This document shows, piece by piece, positions 57,935 to 64,000 of a DNA stretch of 64,000 nucleotides. Position 1 is the stretch's first letter. Every line of letters begins with the position of its first letter. Origin of the DNA: Eukaryota sp. TZLM1-RC (taxonomy: Eukaryota; Protista; Metamonada: BaSk clade); the NCBI GenBank assembly GCA_040285825.1, contig JAUPSS010000002.1:3596001-3660000 (forward strand). The letters are read 5' to 3'. Under the pieces are notes generated by a model that did not search any database, was not told where the DNA came from, and saw only the letters and a program-made list of their open reading frames with translations. A program made the translations under genes and the position numbers.

Positions 57935-59196
57935 TATTCATATGCTTAATAGTTTCCTATTAGAAATGTTTGAGGATGTGCAACAAATGTCTTCTTATGC
58001 AGTTGAAGCAGATCCTTCTACCTCAGTATTCTCAAGGGCAACAATTTTTTAAATTATTTTGTTGAAAAGTGATACACCTTATTTATTTATATTCTTAAAG
58101 GCCATCACTGGTGAAGTATATATGATGATAAATGTACTAGACTAATGCACAGTACAGCAAATTTTACCTAGAAAATTACATCACTTTTACGCCAAAATTC
58201 TTATTCTATTATTTGAAGGACTTATAATGACAATTGAGTCAGAATTCGCCGGTTCTTCAACCTGCTTTCATAACGTTTAATAAGTACATTTGAATTAACT
58301 AAATGATTTTGACATTAGCTAGCCCAAACTCAATGAAGAGCATGACGTTTTGATAAAGAAAAACGATAATCTGTGAATTGTTGCCACACAGTGAGAACAA
58401 CACCTTAGGAGAGATCAGAACTAGATGAAATGAAATGGACAAATAAGTTGCTTACGAATGCTTCAATAGAAGTAGTGAAGAGCTTTTGTTTAGTTTATAC
58501 TGCTGAAAATTAATTTTTTATGATGTAGGATGAGAAGATTGCTATAAAATAATCTTATTAGTTTTATTAGATGATGTTATTCTATATAAAGGTGCCGACT
58601 AATGAGAAACATACAATTTTAGAGAGTTATTCCACCCACTATTATAATATGCATATGATAGCAATCACTGTTTTGATAATCTATGGATACCTAAAAGTTA
58701 AATAAACAGTCAAGTATAAATTATTCATAAAAGTACAAATGTTAATCTACCAAAGAAATATCAAAAAGTTTTGCAACATGATTGCCTTTGTGCCTTTTCC
58801 CAGGTAACCGTAGAGTAATGAGATAGTCATCTACGCAAGAGAACATGTGAATATCAAAGTGTAATAAAGATGTCGTCACCACAGATATTTATTGGTATGT
58901 GTTGGGTGCGAGCTCGCACCCGGACTGCCCAGGGGTGCTTTAACACTGATAATACGAATGCTTCGATGAGTTGAAAATTTTCTTATTAGTGCAAAAAGGC
59001 CATGTAAAAGTGGTGAGACACTGACAATTATTGACAAAAAATAACAATACATAAGTTTTATCTTTTGAACTGACACTGATATAAATAATTAAAAACCAAT
59101 AAAGAAAAAAAGAAAATAAAGAAATCCTTTTCAGTAAACTTTACAGTATTGCCTCATCTTTGCGCAAAAACTTCACTATTAGACTGATATCTATCG

Positions 59197-60180
59197 ATGA
59201 CAAGAACGATTTTCGTATCAGGAGCTACTGGACATCAAGGACGTAATGTGCTCAATCACCTGCTGAAAAGTAATCAAAATCAAAACCTTCACATCAAGGC
59301 CTTCGCTAGAAAAGAGGAAGAACTCCGCACACTGCGCAACATGACTGATAGCTCAAAGAGTGGCAACCGACATAGAGTTGAACATATTGTTGGTGATTTG
59401 AGAGACTCTGAGCAAACATTCCCTGCAATTTCCGGATGCGATTGTGTCATCTTGATCACAAATTATGCTGCTTTTTCAGACGACATCAATGAGGGATGCC
59501 GTGTAGAAACCTCCGTAGGTAGACGCATCATGTCTGAGGCCATCAATGCTGGTGTTAAGGATTTTGTCTATTCCAGTGTCGCTGGTGCTGGTGTTGACCG
59601 CAATGTTCCCCACTTTTGGTCCAAGAAGCTCATTGAGGATGAACTAGAACGAAATCGTGACAAATTTAGATCCCTCCAGATAGTCAGGTTATGTTCATTT
59701 ATGGAAAACATAGAGCAAAATGAACACATCAAAAGACGTCTCTCGCAAGAGCGAAAACTAGCATTACCTCTTCCCAAGGAAACAAAAATGAATGTGGTTT
59801 GTCTTGCTGATGTTGGACGTGCTCTAGCAGATTGTGCATTAAACCCACACCTACTTGATCACCATAACGGAATCATAGAACTGGCAGCAGAAATAATTAG
59901 CATCGAAGAGATATGCCGAGAACTTAACGTGGAATTTGAAGAAGCAGATCCCTTTTCCATTCCAGAAGCCTATCGCAACATGTATACACTCTTCAAGGAA
60001 GGTAAGATCCAGCCCTCAGTTGTGGACTCAAATAAGTACTGGCCCACTATGACTAGCTTCCGTGAATGGGCAAGAAGATCATTTGGTGCTCAAACAGGAT
60101 CAAGGATTGACTTGCGCAAAGAGATTGATCTTCCAATGAAAGAACCTTTGGCTGGTGGAATTTCTTTCAAGGAAGGTTAA
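59197..60180 (+). CDS. NmrA-like NAD(P)-binding atypical SDR protein
   Basis: IFVSGATGHQG, GDL.D, AGVKDFVYSSV, VPHFWSKKLIE, FMEN, DVG. Confidence 0.9.
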   Translation: MTRTIFVSGATGHQGRNVLNHLLKSNQNQNLHIKAFARKEEELRTLRNMTDSSKSGNRHRVEHIVGDLRDSEQTFPAISGCDCVILITNYAAFSDDINEGCRVETSVGRRIMSEAINAGVKDFVYSSVAGAGVDRNVPHFWSKKLIEDELERNRDKFRSLQIVRLCSFMENIEQNEHIKRRLSQERKLALPLPKETKMNVVCLADVGRALADCALNPHLLDHHNGIIELAAEIISIEEICRELNVEFEEADPFSIPEAYRNMYTLFKEGKIQPSVVDSNKYWPTMTSFREWARRSFGAQTGSRIDLRKEIDLPMKEPLAGGISFKEG

Positions 60181-60750
60181 GAAGGATGGGATTCCAATCA
60201 GTGATTATAAATCAATTCCGTTCAGATTATGTTTATTTTGAATCCAAATGAACCAATGCACACTACGGTTAAAGGATGATCACAGAAAGCTTTTTTCGTC
60301 ATCTTTATTCAATCAAATCAAATTGTTCAAAAAACAGTAAATCTACAATTTCACAAAACTACAATCTTCAGTCCTGCAAAAGCTGTTCTTTCATCCAAGA
60401 ACATAGACAAGCAAAAGACAATACTAAATCATCACCCAGAGCAAGAAGTTTCTGATGAAGTAATCTGTCTAGTAAGCGAAAACAGACAAACAACTGTCCA
60501 ACAGTTATGGCCATAATAGAACATTTCATAAATAGAAAAATTGAAGTGTTGAAACACAATTATTCAGTAGCTTAAATTACACAGCAACAGTTAGTTGACA
60601 CTATTTTCATCTATAGAGTACCAAAAAATATCATCAAATTTTTTGATAAAACTTATGTTGTTGCTTCAATCCTAATGAAGAACGAAGTGAATTCATAAGC
60701 TACCTAGTCAGTTGTTTTGCTTGACAATTAGTTGTATCTTTTGAGTTGTA

Positions 60751-60817
60751 TTGGTTTAATGATAGTCGTCCCATTAGTTATGATTTAATTTAATCAAGTG
60801 TGCAAATTCAATAAATA
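60751..60817 (+). mobile_element. About 65-bp extreme 3' stub of family B
   Basis: Identical to the 3' UTR at about 57866-57931. Confidence 0.85.
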
Positions 60818-61102
60818 GAATGATTTAAGAATAAAATGAATTTTTTATCAAAAAAATGATCCTCAAAACAGAAATGTAAAGATGAGAAGTGTTTAATTTA
60901 ATTTATTTTATTTTACTGGATTAATCTGTAAGGTTGAATAGTATTATTGCTGAGAATTGTCCTGGCTGTCCTTCAGCTTGTGTTATCTAATCGTAGTCTT
61001 ATCGTCCTCATCAACCTAGGCCGCCTTCCATCCATTAACTATTGATAATATCTACTTGTTGCCGGCTCATGGCAGATCCGTATTTGTACTGAGTGTCAAA
61101 TA

Positions 61103-62045
61103 CTCTGAACTGTTGTTGTTACTGATAAACTAACCTGGTAGACAGATGAGGAATTCACATGATGACGTGCCACTTGTTCAAAAACAAGTACTATTATTAA
61201 TAAATCCCTTTTTTCTTCTTTTCATCTTTGGTATTTCTGCCTAACGGCATCAGAACCACCTTAAATAAGCCCCCCTTCAAATTGCAGGAAATCTATATAG
61301 AAGCCCATTAGGGTTAACTCTAAAATTAACAGTCTATCACAACATTAAATTGACACATGCAAGAATAAATTACTAATTTCAAAATCTTTATTACAATGCC
61401 ACGAACATTTTACACCGTTGGCAACAAGCTTCGTCCCGTCAAAAAACTTGAAAAAAGACCACTCAAACAGGTATCTCGCATACATGGAGTTTCCCCAAAG
61501 TCTCTCCATCTTTGGAGATATCAAAAAGATAAAGTTGTCCTGTCTCACCGACTGCAGACAAAAGCTGGTTATTAAACAGAGCTCTGAAAAACAATATTTA
61601 TGACTGGTGAACCAAAAAACCAGAAGAATTATCTCGTACTGGAAGAAGAAAACAGCCTGACGTTGAAGTGAAGTGATGATTGAATGGTTAAAGTCTTCGT
61701 GGAACTTAATTGAAGAAAGGAGAATAAGAAAATCTTTTCGATCTGCATTCATTAAACCATACAATGAAATTTTTGTTGCCAAAAGCTCACTGATTGGACC
61801 GCTGCTTATGGAAAAAGATGGAAATAAACAAATCTTAAGCGATCAAGAAACTGAGGTAGAAGAAGAGTTGGTTGATATGGAAATGTAGTTTTATTATTAT
61901 TATCATTAGTTTGTATTTTAAAACATTATTAATAAATTGACATATTTGAATTGACTGGCAGACACCCACCTAATAGAAGCCCCCTCATGATAAAATCAGG
62001 GGGGCTTCAGAGATAGCCCTGGGGATTTTATTAGGTGGACAGAGA
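61103..62045 (+). mobile_element. Internally deleted pogo-type DNA transposon
   Basis: N-terminal Brinker/psq-like HTH MPRTFYTVGNKL..V...QVSRIHGVSPKSLHLWRYQ from 61396, and DDE_1-type tail IEWLKSSWNLI....IRKSF. Imperfect TIRs TA-CTCTG..CACCT..ATAAGCCCCC / GGGGATTTTATTAGGTGGACAGAG-ATA, with subterminal AAGCCCCC repeats. Confidence 0.7.
61111..61252 (+). mobile_element. Solo LTR of the gag-only family, inserted in the pogo left TIR
   Basis: Matches 2882-3024. TG..CA ends. Exact TSD GAAC (61107-61110, 61253-61256). Confidence 0.9.
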
Positions 62046-62581
62046 TATTTCCGCTGCAAAAAATATTCAAATTAAGAAGAAAGCGGAATTGTGGCCCGAA
62101 AGATACATTTGCCCAGATGCTCTGTTGAGGAGATGATTGAGGAACCTGAGCATACAGAAACTAAAACTTTTGAGACCGATCTACAGATATTTTAGTAGTA
62201 TTTGGTAGATCCACTTAGATACACCAAGTCGCGAGGCTTTGTTCTGTGAAAGCAGTAGGTGTATTTAAGTGAGGTAGCCCAGTGATGAAGATCATGATTG
62301 TCTTTGTCGAATGACGCTACATGTCTCTTACAGCCTGGGAGTAGACATTGAGAAAGTTGAAAACGGGAGTGAATTTCACAGGAATGCATGATAAGAGAAA
62401 TTCACAGTAGTTTGAGAGAAAATCGTATACTAAAGGATATTCTATCAATTAACAATTTAATTAACAATTTATAGCAGAAACAGACACATTTTAAAACCCA
62501 AGAACAAACCCTAAATAAATATAAATAGGTGAATCTAAACCGCTTTCCAAATGATGTTGTTGCTGACTATCAGTAGCAGCA

Positions 62582-63003
62582 GGAAATTTTTTGAAGTGTA
62601 AAAGAATTTTGAAGAGATTCAGCCATTTTGTCCAGAAAATCAAAAATATGGCTGAAATTCGTGAAGTGATTATTTGGTTTGGGAAAAGAGGTGAAGGGCC
62701 ATCCCGTCGAAGAGTGAAACACCAAGAAAGCGTTTTCTGAAGTATTTAAAGGCTGGATTTCCAACCGTGAAGGAAGGCGACGAATACTATACAACAACCA
62801 AAGTGAACTGTTGCAAAGTTTTCCATGAAGACCTTTAGTTAATACAGAATGGAGAAAGGGAAAAGTCTAAAGCCTATTTTGCATGTCCAGAATGTGGGAT
62901 GGTTTGGTCAAGAGATATCTCTGCATCGAGAAACCAGTGGGAGATTGCAGTAAGCGAGTACTTTTTGAACACAAGACCCCCAGCTTTTAGAAGGCCTCAA
63001 TAA
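62582..63003 (+). pseudogene. C-terminal fragment of a second, divergent Fanzor1
   Basis: VIIWFG..G.GP, then a frameshift, then PRKRFLKYL....V...DEYYTT.K..CC, an in-frame TAG, and FACPECGMVWSRDISASRN.......RPPAFRR*: RuvC-II E, Zn ribbon, RuvC-III D. It is not in the ORF track. Confidence 0.78.
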
Positions 63004-63149
63004 GAGTCTTCAAATCCAACGTATTTTGATCTAAGCCAAGTTTAGACATGTGGATGTGGTTGAATTGGAAATTGAAATTTGAGATAAAGTATTTCCAGTG
63101 AAAACCACAGATATTATTAAAGGAATCAATTCTATCAATTATATATAAT

Positions 63150-64000
63150 ATTGCCAAAGGGGAAAGAAGCAGGCCCATCTGGAATTTCTTTTGATCTCTT
63201 AAAAATAGCATGTTCCAGTGCTCCCGAAATTTCTGATGATCTAGCCCACTATTTTCAACAATTGATTGTTTTGAAAATTAATCCTCCATTTGAATTACTC
63301 GCAACACGTCTGATTGCTTTAGTAAAGCCTGGAAACGGAATCAAACCTGATGGAATACGCCCAATTGCTGTTGGTGAATCTCTTTCTCGTTTGCCAGCAT
63401 CAATTGTCTTCGATCGTGTCAAAGACAAAGCTTATACATTTTTGAATCCTCATCAATTTGGAATCAAAACAATTGATGGTGCTTCTGTTGCTGCTATTGC
63501 CTCTGATATCTTTTTTAATGCAGAGGAAAATAATTTTATTTTTAATCTCGACTTTAAAAATGCTTTTAATTCTGTAAAGCGAGAAGCAATTTTTTGAAGT
63601 TATTAAATCTGATTTTCCTGAGCTATCGAGTTTTTTCTACCATTTTTCTGGGAAAGAATCAGATTTAATTTTTAATTCATTTGGTCTTAAATCATCTTCT
63701 GGAGTGAAGCAGGGAGATCCTTTAGGCCCATTATTGTTTTGTTTAGCTATTCACAAAACTTTAAATATCATTAAGCAAAAATACCCTTCTATAAAAATAG
63801 TTGCTTATATGGATGATATATCCTTGATTGGTTCATTTGATTTACTAGAATTGGTTGCTCAAGAAATTGCCGATTCATATGAAAATATTGGGCTTCATCT
63901 TAATGCCAGCAAATGCCTTCTGATTGGCTCTTCTGCTCAAGATCTTGTGAAAAACGATTCTATTGTCCCTTTTACTAATTATAGTAGTGATGCTTTTAAG
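63150..64000 (+). mobile_element. Family A non-LTR RT region (runs off the right edge)
   Basis: PKGK.AGPSG, GIRPIAVGE, HQFG, LDFKNAFNS, QGDPLGP, AYMDD. Near-identical to 8075-8510, with a +1 T at about 63590. Confidence 0.92.

Noticed and set aside
32278-61256. Sequence-specific LTR integration (GAAC TSD seen twice)
   Set aside because: The other TSDs are CAAT, CTTT and AAAT/ACAT. Five sites are too few to support specificity.
62050-62400. Possible hAT dimerisation-domain remnant
   Set aside because: Only a vague ERL.S-like motif amid stops; not supportable.
61103-63003. Pogo-Fanzor composite element
   Set aside because: The pogo right TIR closes at about 62045, roughly 540 bp before the Fanzor fragment, so the adjacency is probably incidental.
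1-64000. CRISPR array, tRNA or rRNA genes
   Set aside because: No repeat-spacer pattern, cloverleaf or rRNA motif was found by eye. A tRNAscan/Infernal run would be needed to exclude divergent RNAs.

Overview
AT-rich eukaryotic (protist) genomic DNA. About half of it is transposon-derived, with short islands of compact host genes. The host genes are a partial ORF at the left edge, Nur1/Mug154-like, an SQ-rich coiled-coil protein, RPS3A/eS1, prefoldin 5 and 2, a 1.07-kaa secreted protein with GAT1-like repeats, a bacterial/phage-type NlpC/P60 hydrolase with six tiny introns, a RecQ4-like helicase, malate dehydrogenase, Srp40/Nopp140 and NmrA-like. All ten introns I could reconstruct are 28-32 nt, with GTWTGY donors and a branch-point A fixed 7-8 nt from the 3' end. 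This architecture recalls metamonads (the taxon is inference). Two of these introns appear to end in AT rather than AG. Mobile DNA includes many truncated RLE-type (CRE-like) non-LTR retrotransposons, two with clear 13- and 17-bp TSDs, and a near-intact Ty3/gypsy element with 190-bp LTRs and a GAAC TSD. There are also two unrelated non-autonomous LTR families (gag-only, and a short-LTR cargo carrier) that share an unusual ATAATTATTRGCC primer site with the gypsy element, two solo LTRs and an internally deleted pogo element. Two distinct degenerate Fanzor (eukaryotic TnpB) loci have hairpin-rich 3' flanks (candidate omegaRNAs), and a perfect 113-bp fold-back is made from retroelement sequence. 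All calls come from reading motifs by eye; no database search was run.
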